From NCBI RefSeq assembly GCF_006345805.1, contig NW_021834258.1:1-50610 (forward strand): 50,610 nucleotides of DNA, read 5' to 3'. Positions 24,967 through 37,119 of this stretch are shown one piece after another. This DNA comes from Octopus sinensis. Its lineage: Eukaryota. The notes beneath the pieces were generated by a model. That model had not been told where the DNA came from, made no database searches, and saw only the letters and a list, made by a program, of their open reading frames with translations. The translations under genes were made by a program, and so were the position numbers. How positions within the stretch are numbered: the stretch's first letter is position 1; each line of letters begins with the position of its first letter.

Positions 24967-27248
24967 TCTTAATAATAAAATGGTATGTGTGTGTCTGTGT
25001 CTGTCTGTGTCTGTCTGTCTGTCTGTGCACACCCACATTCAAATTGTTACAACCAGATCAAATTGTCAAAACCTTCCCTTTTGTAGTTATTCGATAATGA
25101 GGCACAATAAAAGGTTGATATCCTCTAAGAACCTTCCTGTCAAAAAATTTTAATAAGAAAGAATCCTCGACGATGAGGTCCCCCAAAACCTTCAAGTCAA
25201 AAATTAAAAACAAATTATTTTCTGCGTTTTTGTTAAAATGAACAATAAGAAAGTCCTCGACTCACATGGTGTGGTCCCCCAAAACCTTCGAGCTCTTAAT
25301 AATAAAATGGTATGGTGTGTGTCTGTCTGTGTGTCTGTCTGTCTGTCTGTGCACACCACATTCAAATTGTTACAAACCAGATCAAATTGTCAAAACCTTC
25401 CCTTTTGTAGTTATTCGATAATGAGGCACAATAAAAGGTTGATATCCTCAAGAACCTTCCTGTCAAAAAATTTTAATAAGAAAGAATATCCTCGATGATG
25501 AGGTCCCCCAAAACCTTCAAGTCAAAAATTAAAAACAAATTATTTTCTGCGTTTTTGTTAAAATGAACAATAAGAAAGTCCTCGACTCACATGGTGTGGT
25601 CCCCCAAAACCTTCGAGCTCTTAATAAATAATGGTATGGTGTGTGTCTGTCTGTGTGTCTGTCTGTCTGTCTGTGCACACCCACATTCAAATTGTTACAA
25701 ACCAGATCAAATTGTCAAAACCTTCCCTTTTGTAGTTATTCGATAATGAGGCACAATAAAAGGTTGATATCCTCAAGAACCTTCCTGTCAAAAAATTTTA
25801 ATAAGAAAGAATATCCTCGATGATGAGGTCCCCCAAAACCTTCAAGTCAAAAATTAAAAACAAATTATTTTCTGCGTTTTTGTTAAAATGAACAATAAGA
25901 AAGTCCTCGACTCACATGGTGTGGTCCCCCAAAACCTTCGAGCCAAAAAATTAAACAAATTTCTGTTTTTGCGTTAACTTTAAATTTATTTGGGTATGCC
26001 TGTTTTAATTATCTATCTTATCGTTCTTAAATCTGTTAAATAACTACTCGGTGTGTTATGTGACTGTTGATTCTAATTTAATTTGTTTTTTAAGCTCAAA
26101 AATCAAAAATACTCCCCCCATCCCCCCTACAAAAATAGAAGAAAATACAAATCAAAAAAATGATGAAAATTAAAAAAAATTGTAGCGACCATTTATTTGG
26201 GGGAGCAATAGTTGTATTGGCAGGTGATTTTAGACAGACGCTGCCAATTATTCAAAGAGGGACGCCTGCGGATGAATTGAATGCCTGCCTCAAATCGTCA
26301 TATTTGTGGACACACGTGAAAAAGGTAAGCTTAGATGTAAATGTACGTGCACATTACAAGGCGTTAATAGCATATTCCCACAAATCCTTCTAGATATTGG
26401 AAATGGGGCAATCACTTCAGAAATGCAAGACCAGAAAATTAGGCTACCGGAAGAATTATGTATTTTCGTAGAAACAGCAGAAGAATTATTGAATGCCGTC
26501 TATTCCGAACTATCTGAACACTACGTGAATTTCGACTGGCTGCGTGAACGAGCTATATTAGCTCCACTTAATGATGAGGTACTTAATATAAATTTAGATT
26601 TATTAATGAAAATCCCTGGCAGAGAAAGAATATATAAATCGGTCGACGTTATTATGGACCATGAAAGGGCCTGCGAATATCCTGTAGAATTTTTAAATTC
26701 CTTAGATCCATCTGGAATGCCGAATCATCTATTGAAATTAAAAATAGGTGTACCGGTTGTGTTACTCCGCAATCTTGCGCCACCTAAATTATGCAATGGT
26801 ACAAGGTTGGTTATCAAGAATTTGATGGCTAACGTAATAGAAGCGACAATATTAACAGGTAATTACAGAGGTGAGGATGTTTATATCCACGAATACCTCT
26901 GATTTCGGAAGAATTACCTTTTAGATTAAGAGACTACAATTTCCGCTGAAGATAAGTTTTGCTATGACAATAAACAAGGCCCAGGGACAGTCTTTAAAGG
27001 TAGTAGGCTTATTTTTAGAGAACGAGTGCTTTTCACATGGCCAGCTGTATGTGGGGTGCTCAAGGGTAGGTAGAAGAGAAAATTTATTTATATTTGCCAA
27101 GGATGGACGGACTGCAAACATCGTTTATCCACAGGCCTTAGAAAATAAGGTTATATCAAAGCAGGTCGCATTTATATATCTACATAAATTTATACTTATT
27201 TAAGGAAACTGCGAGCGTAGCGAGCAGGGCCTCCGCAGGAGCTACTAG
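24967..27248 (+). mobile_element. Non-autonomous Helitron copy 2 (three 5' modules, internal deletions, single 3' end)
   Basis: A|TCTTAATAATAAAATGG ... GAGCTACTAG|T. The helicase at 26170-27140 is nearly identical to copy 1 apart from 1-bp indels. Confidence 0.92.
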
Positions 27249-27262
27249 TAAATTATAAAATA

Positions 27263-28020
27263 TCACTCGTATGAGTTCAAATAAGTAACAAATCTTCTGA
27301 CGGATTTACGCTTCCCCCAATTCTTCACATTTTTCTCTGGGAGAAGAACTGGCTCGCTATTTCTACACAGCTGACCTTTCAGATACGCAAGTCCTGCATT
27401 AACAAATCCAAACAAATTCTACAATTTCTCACAAAAAATAACCTTTCTCTCCTCCAAAACAGATTGGACATTTTGAATCAGACTGTAAACAAGACTCTGT
27501 GCAGAGACATCGACAGTCATCCTCAAATGATGCACCCGCAACAAAAAGAATATACAGGAACACTCAAATTCGACTCTGAGTGACCTCTCCTTGATACTCC
27601 CCAACAAAACAGTCATCAACTCAATAGCGTAAGAATAAGGGAGTAGAACGAGGCACCGATCTAACTCTGACGGCCTCACTGTGAGAGAGGACCGTCATCA
27701 AATACTCCTCCGCTGTTTCAACGCCATATTGACATCATCCACTCACTCAGACGGTAATCCTCCAATCCTCGTCTCCCAACCTCAACACGATATCGCTCAA
27801 TTGCGTCATTCAACTTCTCGCTCTCATCCAACGTAGAACACGTCATTTTCCCCGCGATTTCAACATCTCCAGGTACATTCCAGGCACAACTCGGTCGTCG
27901 TCCTCATAATCTATTTTCCCCAATTCATCTTGTTCGTCTTCCTTGGAATGTGAATATCATGTGTTCGACTCCACAACGGAGAGAACTGTCTGAGGATGCA
28001 GTGAAGACATATCCCCCACA
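27263..28020 (-). pseudogene. WDR3: 3' fragment of WDR3/UTP12 (SSU processome), intron-retaining, several frameshifts
   Basis: GGYVFTASSDSSLR, EKLNDAIERY, RPSELDRCLVLLPYSY, EFECSCIFFLLRVH, FGFVNAGLAYLK match the Utp12 C-terminal domain. A 24-nt intron lies at 27419-27442. I found no 5' part in the window. Confidence 0.8.
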
Positions 28021-28299
28021 ATTGCTCACAGAAAAGCAATTGCTCACAATTGCTCACAATTGCATTTTTTCATTCATCTCACATTAAGAAAAACCACGCA
28101 ATAACACTCCAGGTGCAGCACGAAAATATAAAATTCCGACGATTCAAATCGTTTTAATTTAAATCGTCTGGAGGTCTTCCGAAAATTTCTTTTCGATTGA
28201 GTTTAAAAGGAAAAACCAAAAAAGAGAGAGAAAGTTAATGAGACAAAGTATGCCTCTTCTGCGTTGTTTCCCTCTTTTTTTATGTTTAATTTCAAATTC

Positions 28300-28520
28300 G
28301 AGAAGACAAGGCTCTCAAGAACACTTCCGATTCAAGGAGAAAGAAATGCACTCAAATTCTCAGAAGCATAATTCACTTCCACCTTTGTCCGGGAACATTT
28401 TTATATGTTCATTGCTTACATACGGGTTCGAGGGATGGTACCCTACTGCTGAGAGGAATGGCATTATCGCTAAGCTCGAAAATACGAGACGAATTGCCAT
28501 CAAATTGGCACGTGCATAGG
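28300..28520 (+). mobile_element. Jockey-like RT C-terminal remnant
   Basis: LLTYGFEGWY..KLENTRRIAIKLA, similar to 15900-16050. Confidence 0.5.
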
Positions 28521-28589
28521 ATTATAATTTTACTAGAAATTCATAATTGTGTTTTTTACAATAAAAACTAATTTAAACAAAAATTTTAA

Positions 28590-29335
28590 TGAGAGCTATG
28601 GAACTGTGATTTTTGATAACTTCATCATATTTGGTTTTAAATTACTGCATCCTATCATGAGAATTGATTTTAAGTGTCCGTCAGTCAATCTTGCACCATG
28701 GGGAGACTTAACATATTTCATCCTCGAAAACGTTTGCTCACTTTGTTATGTTGTGCCAAATATAGAAATCATCTTCATCGCAAAATTCTTTAGTCTCGGA
28801 AACTCATCATCCTCGAGATATTTGTAGAACTCAGTGAGTTTGGTCCTTCTGTGACAATCTTTGAGCTGTTCTTTTGATTTCTAATTGTAATTCATGTTGA
28901 ACATTCTCAACATTAAAAGAAAATGAATTTTTGAACAAAATTATATCGCTGTCAATTTTGTCAAGTTCAGAAAATTTATGTAAAAAACAATTTTTTATAG
29001 GGCCTTGTTGAATTTGTAAAGTGCGCTTCAGTGATTCAAATTTATCCTCACGTAGCTTTCCAGTGTACTTGGAATATATCGGAGCATGATTTGTTTCATA
29101 ATGACGTCAAATGTTATACTCCTTCATAACAGAAATATGTTCGTGGCATATTAAACAATAAGCTTTCTGCTTTAATTCATCTTTCGTAAAAAAATATTTC
29201 ATTTTCCATAATTTATTGAATACACGACATTCGCGGTCAACCTTTCTTTGCATGTAAAACTCAGCGAGTTTGGTTCATGTAGAACGGACCAAACTCAAAC
29301 TCGCTGAGTTCTACAAATATTTCGAGGATGAGCAA
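28590..29335 (-). mobile_element. SPIN/Charlie (GTF2IRD2-like) hAT transposase, internally deleted
   Basis: N-terminal KAYCLICHEHISVMKEYNI.RHYETNH; C-terminal TKLTEFYKYLEDDEFPRLKNFAMKMISIFGTT..EQTFSRMK..RLTDGHL. Confidence 0.75.
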
Positions 29336-29344
29336 CCTTTCTTT

Positions 29345-32300
29345 TCATTATTATTATTATAGCACTTTCACGAAAGCCATAATGTTTATAGCCCCGCATG
29401 TGCAACACTCAATGTAACGATATTTAAGGTTAGTTTTTCCATTTTCCTCTGTCGTGTGCGAGTGATCTCAATTCGTCCAGATCGTCCCCCCGTCTTTAGG
29501 TTTTTCCTCACTCGAGTTAGGTCTTTGTTTAAGGCAGTTGGAAGTGTCGATCTAGGTCGTCCGCGGAAGGGTATGTCGCATCTGTCGAAGTAGTCTTCCA
29601 TCGCTTTGTTAGCGGGTGCGTCCGGGTTCATTCTTAGTACATGCCCGAATAGCCTCCACCGGGCATCTACCACATCCTCGCTGATGCAGGAGCACATACA
29701 CTTGTTGTAGATACCATTGGTTGATATTCGACGTGGCCACTCCATTCCGAGTAAGCTTCTTAGTTGCCTTCTATGGAATGAGTCCAGTTTCCGTAGATCG
29801 TTGAAGGAACATCCCCATGTCCCAGCGTTGTACAGCAAGATCGGTTTCACAAACGCGTTGTAGAGCCTGCATCTGATGCCAACTCCAAGTCCTTTGGCTC
29901 TTAGCCATCCTTTTTTCAGTTTCGCCATTGCCGAATTCGCCAGTGTTTTCCTCCTTAGTACATCTTCAGCGTCTCCCAGTAGGGATCCAAGCTTATTAGT
30001 GTGTCTCCATCTTTTATGGGTAGTATCATCTTCTCTTTTGATTTCCGTAATCTCAGTTTTGTTCACATTTACGCTGAGGACCCATTTCCCAAGTTCCATA
30101 GGTGCATTTTCTAGTAGATGTTGGAGTGCGGTCACGTCCCGTGATACGAAATCCACATCATTGGCATAAGATGCCTCTTCTATGTCTCCCGTATAGCATT
30201 TACGGAGGTCGCGGAGTGCAGATTCAAGATAGATGGTGAATAGTAGGGGGAGAGGGAGTCACCCTGGGGTGTCCCAGTCGTTGTTTTGAAACTACGGGAA
30301 GTTGCTCCTTCTGTCCTCACAGATAGTCTTGTGTTCGCAAGTAGTAGTCTGATTATCCTAACCGATGATTCATCCAGTATTTGCTCAAGCACATTCATCA
30401 GTTTCTGTCTGTTTATTGAGTCGAAGGCTCTGGAGAGATCTATTCCAGCACGGTCGTTGTGCTCTTGAATCTTTGGTGCGTTGCGCAGCGCAATCTGTGG
30501 CTCCATAGAATGTCTGCCGTAGACCTCCCATCTCGGAACCCACTTTGACTCGGTGATAGGTATTGATCCGCCACACCCTTATCCGCCTTAGTGCGACATT
30601 TGCCAGCACTTGCGTATCGAATTCAGGAGTATTATCGGGCGGAGATTTTCTACTGGTCCTTTTGGTTTGTTCGGTTTTTGTGTGGGTATTAGTAATCCAT
30701 TTCCAAGTCCCAGATCGGTATTAGTTTCGAAAATTTCATTTAGGGTTTTTGCAATTGTGTCGCTGAGTTTTTTTGGCCCATATTTTAGGAGCTCGGGGCT
30801 TATGTTGTCCGGCCCAGCACTCTTGTTGTTCCTCAGTTTATTTATTGCTAGTTCCACCTCTTCCGCTGTGATTGGGATTTTAACGCTTTTGCATCTCCCT
30901 GGAAACAAGGAAAGTCCGTGTTTTCTTTATTCAGCAAGGTTTCGAAGTGTCGTGCGATCAGCTCTGCTTTTTCTTTCGGATTACCCACGAATTTTCCATC
31001 TTTGTCTTTAATGTGGAAGATGTTTTGTCCTTTCTTAGTAGTCCGCAGTAGTCGTAGGGCCGCATACATTCTTGAATTGTCTTTTAGGCATTCCACATCT
31101 TTTAGTAGGGATGTAATGATTTCTCGTGAGTATTTTCGGTTCATCTTTTGGATTTTGCACTTTAGTTCCCTTTGTTGGATGTTAAGCTCCTTTTTCTTAA
31201 TCTCGTCTGACGTGTTTGGGGCTTTTAGCCGTACCTCTCTGCGATGCTTTGCCATATCTGGCACGTTCGGGTGGTGATCCAGTTTTAGGGCACAATGATT
31301 TCGGACTCCAAGGCATATACTGGCCGCCTTGGAAATTGCCCGCTTTGTTTGGTCCCACCGGGTTCGTAATGATAGTTCTGGAGTGGTTTTCTCCATAAGA
31401 ATCTCAATTTGCTTGTGATAATTGTCTTTACAAGTGAGCTCCAGCCACAATTTCTCTGTCTGGAAGTGTATATTTGGCCTTTGTCTCCCCTTCTTCGCGT
31501 TTTCAGTGTATTTTTCCCCAGTCAGATGCTTCTTTACGCAGAGTTTTTCGGTGACCATCCTGTGGTCGCTGTCTGTTGTTGTCCACTTGTAGGAACGTGC
31601 ATCGGTTAGCAGGTGTTTATCGGACTTGCGGCAAATAATGTAGTCGATTTGGTTATATATGTTTACGGTCTCCCCGACCGAGTTTTTCCTTTGTCCGTGC
31701 CAGGTCGTCTTGTGGCGTGCTGAGTGCGTAAGGCCGTGTTGCACAGGAAGAGGCTATTTGCCTCACAGAAATTCACCAGAGAGGCTCCAGCTGCATTTCT
31801 CCTTCCGCGCCCGTGTCTTCCGATAGAGGATTCGTCGGGCCCCTTTCGCTTTCCAGCCTTTGCATTCAAATCTCCCGCAACAAAGACAAGGGACGAAGAG
31901 GCATTGTTAGAGTATGTGCTTGATAGTTCTGAGTAGAATTCCTCGAGCTCACCAGGGTTCTTGGCTACTCGTCCACAGTGTGGTGCGTAGACGTTTATGA
32001 CAGTTAATAGGCTCTTGGACGGGCATAGTTCATTCAGTTTGACTTGTAGAACACATATTCGGTCGTTGACTTGGCAATAGCGATGTATTTTTTGGAGTAA
32101 TCCACGTGCAGGGCAAATCCCATGCCGTGGTGCTTGAATTCGGCTGGGAAGAGAATCAGTCGGTAATTGTTCCATGTCTCATCGCGTCCATTTACGATTT
32201 TCGTTTCTTGTAGGCAGTCGATAGCTATTTTGTATTTCTCATCGTCACAAAGTACTTTCCTTGTCCAGTCTTTCGATATCCCACGTACGTTGAACGTCAT

Positions 32301-32400
32301 TAGCCTGAGTTCTCGGTTGTATAATGAGTGTTTTTCAGACATTTTTCTATACAGAGGGCCGTCACCACCTCAACCAAAAGAGTTTCTTTTCATATTAGCA
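29345..32400 (-). mobile_element. Near full-length RTE non-LTR retrotransposon (APE + RT), frameshifted
   Basis: LMTFNVRG, LQETK, INVYAPH, VAGDLNAK, NQIDYI, SDH, GPDNISPELLK, IDLSRAFDSI, GTPQGDSLSP, YNAFVKPILLYNAGTW, WRLFGHVLRM. A (TAA)n tail lies at ~29345-29360. Confidence 0.92.
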
Positions 32401-32894
32401 ACAAACAAGAATTTGATGAGTTTTTTTGTCAAATAGATAAGTTTATTATTAAGATAAGTAAGCAATTGGGTGGCTAAGGGAATTGTCGAGGGCCTGAGGG
32501 TCAGCTTAAATTTTGCAAAATAGTTTAATTTTTTAATTAAAGTTTTTATTTGAGTTAATTATTAAGTTATTAATTGAATATCTCTAAATAGTGCACGGGC
32601 CGGATAAAATGTTGTCGCTGCTGTTGAAATCTGTTCCTCGATAGTTCCCTCAGGTGCTCAAGATTGTCTGCTGATTTCAACCCTTTTCCAATCAAAGTTA
32701 GGTCTTGATGTAGGAGGGTTTCTAAAGTAATTCTCTGGTCTTCCTCGTAAGGTCGTTCCCGAATGAGGAGCGTAGTGGTGTTTCATTGCGAGATTTGCGG
32801 GAGTTTTCCTGTCCATTCTCAGGATGTGACCGAAAAGCTCAATCTATTATTTCTTATTTTTTCGTCCAACGGATATATTATTTTTTATACGGAC

Positions 32895-33405
32895 TTGTTA
32901 ATTTATAAAAGTAAAAAAATAGCTAAGCTAATTAATAGCCTCACGAGACACCCGGCCAGCCTCGCGAATGGCGAAGCATTCCCTCGTATCACAGCAATCG
33001 ACAGACGTTTCAGGAGCCAAGAATACTCTCTTGGATCGTGGCTTGTCCTTGAAATCCATCGACCGAGCGAGCGAAGGAAGCGGAATGTCTTGGTGCCGAA
33101 GATTCCGAAGAACTCCACGGCAATTGGAGTAAAGAACAGCGAGTTAGAGAGGTGGCCGTACTTGAGAATCTTTCGGTCCTCGGCCTGCCTTGAAGCGTGC
33201 CCAGGATTGGCGGCGGACTGAGCGAGATTTCCCAGCGAGAACGTGTCCGAACAAGTAGAATCCCAAATAAGGGATTTCCCCTGCTCGTATGGGAAGGTGG
33301 ACATGCCGTCTGGGCGTTTGCCATCCCCTCTATCCAGTCCAACAGGTTCGAGAATTGACGGGACGCCAGCTGAAGCGAGGGTTCTTTGTATAATTGAGTT
33401 GAGTA
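32895..33405 (-). mobile_element. CRE/HERO-like RLE retrotransposon 3' fragment
   Basis: LNSIIQRTLASAGVPSILEPVGLDRGDGKRPDG..WDSTCSDT..LKRLSIAVIRGNA. Confidence 0.85.
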
Positions 33406-34013
33406 GAGATGTTTGTTTGATATGCGTTTTGGCCAAAAGATTCTTAGAATGTATTTCAGCTGCATTCTATGGAAGGAATTCAGATTTTCCATTTCGTGCA
33501 CTATGAGTACTCAAGAGGAGAAGTTGGTTTTACGAACATATTGTATAGTTTGATTTTTAAAGACGCAGAAATTTGTTTACCTCTCAACCATACGTTGTTT
33601 AATCTTTTAAGCGTGAAAGTTGTTAATGATTTTCTTCGTATCATGTCTTCTAAGAGAGTGTTAAGTTTTTTTGTATGCCTCCATTTTTCCTAATTTCGTT
33701 GTTCACATCGCCTCACTATGATGTATTCTGCTTTCTCAGTGTTAATTTTTAGGAATAATTTTTTAAATGTGTTGGCCAATTTGTCCACAATATCTTCTAA
33801 TTAGTGGTCTGTTGCCGTGAAATCTATGTCATCTGCAAAGATGACTTCTGTAATATGTCTGGGGATATTATTTCTGGCATTTCGTAGGGTCGCCTTCAGA
33901 TATACGATGAATAAGACCGGGGATAGAGCGTCTCCTTGGGCGTGCCCTTGTTTTTTCGAATACTCTGGATTTCTGATTTCCGAGCTGAATAAATAGTTAA
34001 GTGGAGGAGAGTA

Positions 34014-35478
34014 CAGTGGGCGCAAAAAAAATCCGGTTTTCTTATTTTTCGAATTTTTCAATATAAATTTTATATTATTTTTTTTAATTTAGTATCATTT
34101 TGAAATGTAAATCGAGTATGTTTTTAATTTTAAGTATTTTTTTATTTTTCATAGAGATATCTTGAATTTAATTTTAAAATGCGCAAAAAAAACTCGGTTT
34201 TTTTAATTATTGAGTCTTTTATTCTCAAAAATTTGAAATTGTTGTCATTTTTGTTGTTGTTGGATGTCGTGTATTTCAGAAATTGTGAAAGGACAAATTA
34301 TTCAACTTTATTTCCTTAATTGGACATATAAACAAATTTCAGAAGAAGTAGAAATTCCCAGATCAACAGTGGGAGATTACATACGTAAATACAAAAAATA
34401 TGGAACAACACAGAGACTGTCCAGTTCTGGAAGACCTAGGACATTAAATAATGATGATATAAATACTTTATTGACGCTTGTTTCTGACAATCCGAAAAAA
34501 TCTTCCGTTGCCTGTCAAAGGATCTTCATTCTTTGACAGGAAAAATCGTCTCAAAACGAACAATTGGGAATTATCTGAAACAAAAGGAAATATATTCACG
34601 TGTGTGTCAAAAAAAACCGTATCTGTCTAAAATTAATATCGAAAAACGATATTCCTTGTCAAAAAAATTTATCGCACTGAATATGACGTCATGGAAATCA
34701 ACTATTTTTAGTGATGAATGCTGTTTCGAAATTTTTAATCACAAAAAAAGGAATTTTGTTATAGGAAAAACAACACACGTCTAGAAAAATCGCACTTATC
34801 TCCAACTGTTAAATTTGGAGGGGGAAAAATAATGGTGTGGGGATGTTTCGGGTATTATGGAGTAGGCAATCTAGTATTTATAAATGGAACTATGAACTCA
34901 GCAACTTATGTGAACATATTATCAAATAATCTGTGGGAGTCCGCTGCGAAAATGTGCTTGAATGAATTCATATTCCAACAAGACATGGCTCCTCCACACA
35001 CATCAAAGATCACGAAAGATTTCTTTGCCGAAAGAAGCGTCAAACTATTGGATTGGGCACCGCAATCGCCAGATTTAAATACAATAGAACATCTTTGGGC
35101 ATATATTAAAAGTAAATTGTACGAAAATCCTCCAAAAAATATGCATGAGCTGAAAGATAAAATTATCGAAATTTGGGAAAATATGCCGAAAGATCTAATA
35201 CAGAAACTCATAAACAGCATGCCGAGAAGGGTGTACGATGTTTTTATGGCTAAAGGACGGCATATTAAATATTAATTTGACATTTTTTTAAAAAACCGGG
35301 TTTTTTTTGCGCATTGTAAATTTAAATTGGAAATATCTCTTGAAAAAAATAATGAAAATAATCAAAATAAAAAAATAAGAGTTACTTTTCACTAAAATTT
35401 AAGATTAAAAAAAATATTATATCGCACAATATAAAAAAATAGAGAAATTAGAAAACCGGATTTTTTTTGCGCCCACTG
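34014..35478 (+). mobile_element. Full-length Tc1 (DD34E) transposon with IR/DR-type ends
   Basis: TA|CAGTGGGCGCAAAAAAAATCCGGTTTTCT TIRs |TA, with inner repeats near 34180 and 35290. The transposase at 34264-35275 has two frameshifts: IFSDE, QQDMAPPH, 34 residues, then WAPQSPDLNTIE. Confidence 0.95.
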
Positions 35479-36132
35479 TAGATAACGAATTATTCTGATG
35501 CAATCTTCCTCGAGTAGTGGCGTTAATATTTGTATCATCTTAACTCTACTGATTGTGTTAAATGCTTTAGATAGGTCGATTCCCATTATGTGGTACTTCT
35601 CTATATTTTTTGGCACAAAGCACACATCCATTTGTGGCTCCAAAAAGCACCGGAAGTTGATCTTCTAGAGACAAACCCACTTTGGCTAGGTCCGCTAAAT
35701 CCACGTAATAAGCTTTTATTCTCTCCAGAACAATTAGTGATAAAATTTTACGCAGTGAGTTGAGTAGTATGATTTGTCTTAAGCTGTTTACCTTTCCTTT
35801 TTCCTTCCCCGCTTTATGTAAGGGGATTAACTTTCCGATTCCGATGTTAATTCTGGAGTGTTCTTCAAAAGTTTTTTTTCAAAATGTAAGTAATGAGTTT
35901 TTGAAGCTCTTCAGGTACATATTTTATGAGCTCTGCATTAACATTATCTGGACCTAAGTTGTTTAGTCTGGTCACAGACCCACGTAACTTGGCTCACTTT
36001 TTATAGAACAGAATTAGCATATGTAATGCTTAAATGTTTTTTACAAACGTAAGGATTGCGTAATCAACGTTTTTACGATTTTTTATTATATAAACATTAC
36101 ATTTTACTATTTTGGCATTACACTTAATCACA

Positions 36133-36472
36133 ATGTCATATAATCTATGGAATGGTACTTTATTATTTTCATTATCTCAGCAGACCTACCGATACCCCAT
36201 GATGACTCCACGGAAGAAACAGAAAACAAAAAACCTACCGAACCAAAAACTGTTAGGACCGATGTTGTGTTAGTATTGAACATCCACAGCCTCCCTCGCC
36301 AAAATTTCCCCAAATGACTAATGAAGTTAAGTCTACCGAAACATTCAATGACTCTTGGAATTGGAACTCGCATAAAGAAAAATATGGGCTGAATAATAGG
36401 ATCGGAAAAAGCCTGTTCGATGATATGAAATCGTGCATGTTCAGTTGGAGTGAAACGTGGGACAATAAATAG
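36133..36472 (+). CDS. Predicted 96-aa orphan protein, 3 exons
   Basis: Exons 36133-36154, 36181-36266 and 36290-36472, joined by 26- and 23-nt GT-AG introns, give one open frame: MSYNLWNADLPIPHDDSTEE..PPSPKFPQ..SWNWNSHKEKYGLNNRIGKSLFDDMKSCMFSWSETWDNK*. Confidence 0.65.
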
Positions 36473-37119
36473 TTTTATCGGCGTATTTGATGATTTAGTT
36501 TACAGCCGCGAAAGGTCAAAAAATCCCTTCCACAAAAAAAATCTCGTTTTTAATTATATTTCTTGTTTGTGGTTATATTCATTTAATAACTTAGTCATTA
36601 ATTTTAAAAATAACACAGGATTTTTTATTTAAAATTTAATAGATTAACAAAAATGCTTTTTAAAACCTTATTGTGGTCGCGAATAACCCAGTTAAAGCTA
36701 TGCTTCCATTTTGCAAGCAGCCCGAGTCTAATATCTGTGGGAGAACTCCAAAAGACTAAAGAAATATCCTACAACTCAGCGCAAGTAAAAAATATTACTA
36801 AATATAGCTTTTCCTACACAAGTTATTTGGTTACCGAGGAATAATTCTCGCAGAAAACACGGTGCAATTATTTGATAGAAACTTAATTAGAACAAACAAG
36901 TAAAAAACTTTAAATTTATGATTTTAAGCTCATTTGAGTCCTCCTTCACTGTAGGAGGAGAATTACAAACAATGGTGGCACAGGAAATCAGATACTATCA
37001 GGTTCTAGTCGATTCCAGAGACCTTGATCACATGGTAAGAATAAAAGGTTAATCGACAGAGAATTCGAAGCGAGGCCGTCACTTTCATTGACCCCGACGA
37101 TGAAAATGACAAGCTATTT

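Larger units (their letters stand above)
32600..36000 (-). mobile_element. Second, older RTE element hosting Tc1 and CRE-like insertions
   Basis: GPDNVNAELIKY, GIDLSKAFNTISR..IIRYL|Tc1|LSST..PQGDALSPVLF, IFADDIDF, LRIFWPKRISNKHLY|CRE|..LFGHILRMD. Confidence 0.8.

Noticed and set aside
36640-36900. Possible additional mini-intron gene
   Set aside because: No combination of candidate introns gave a convincing frame or recognisable motif.
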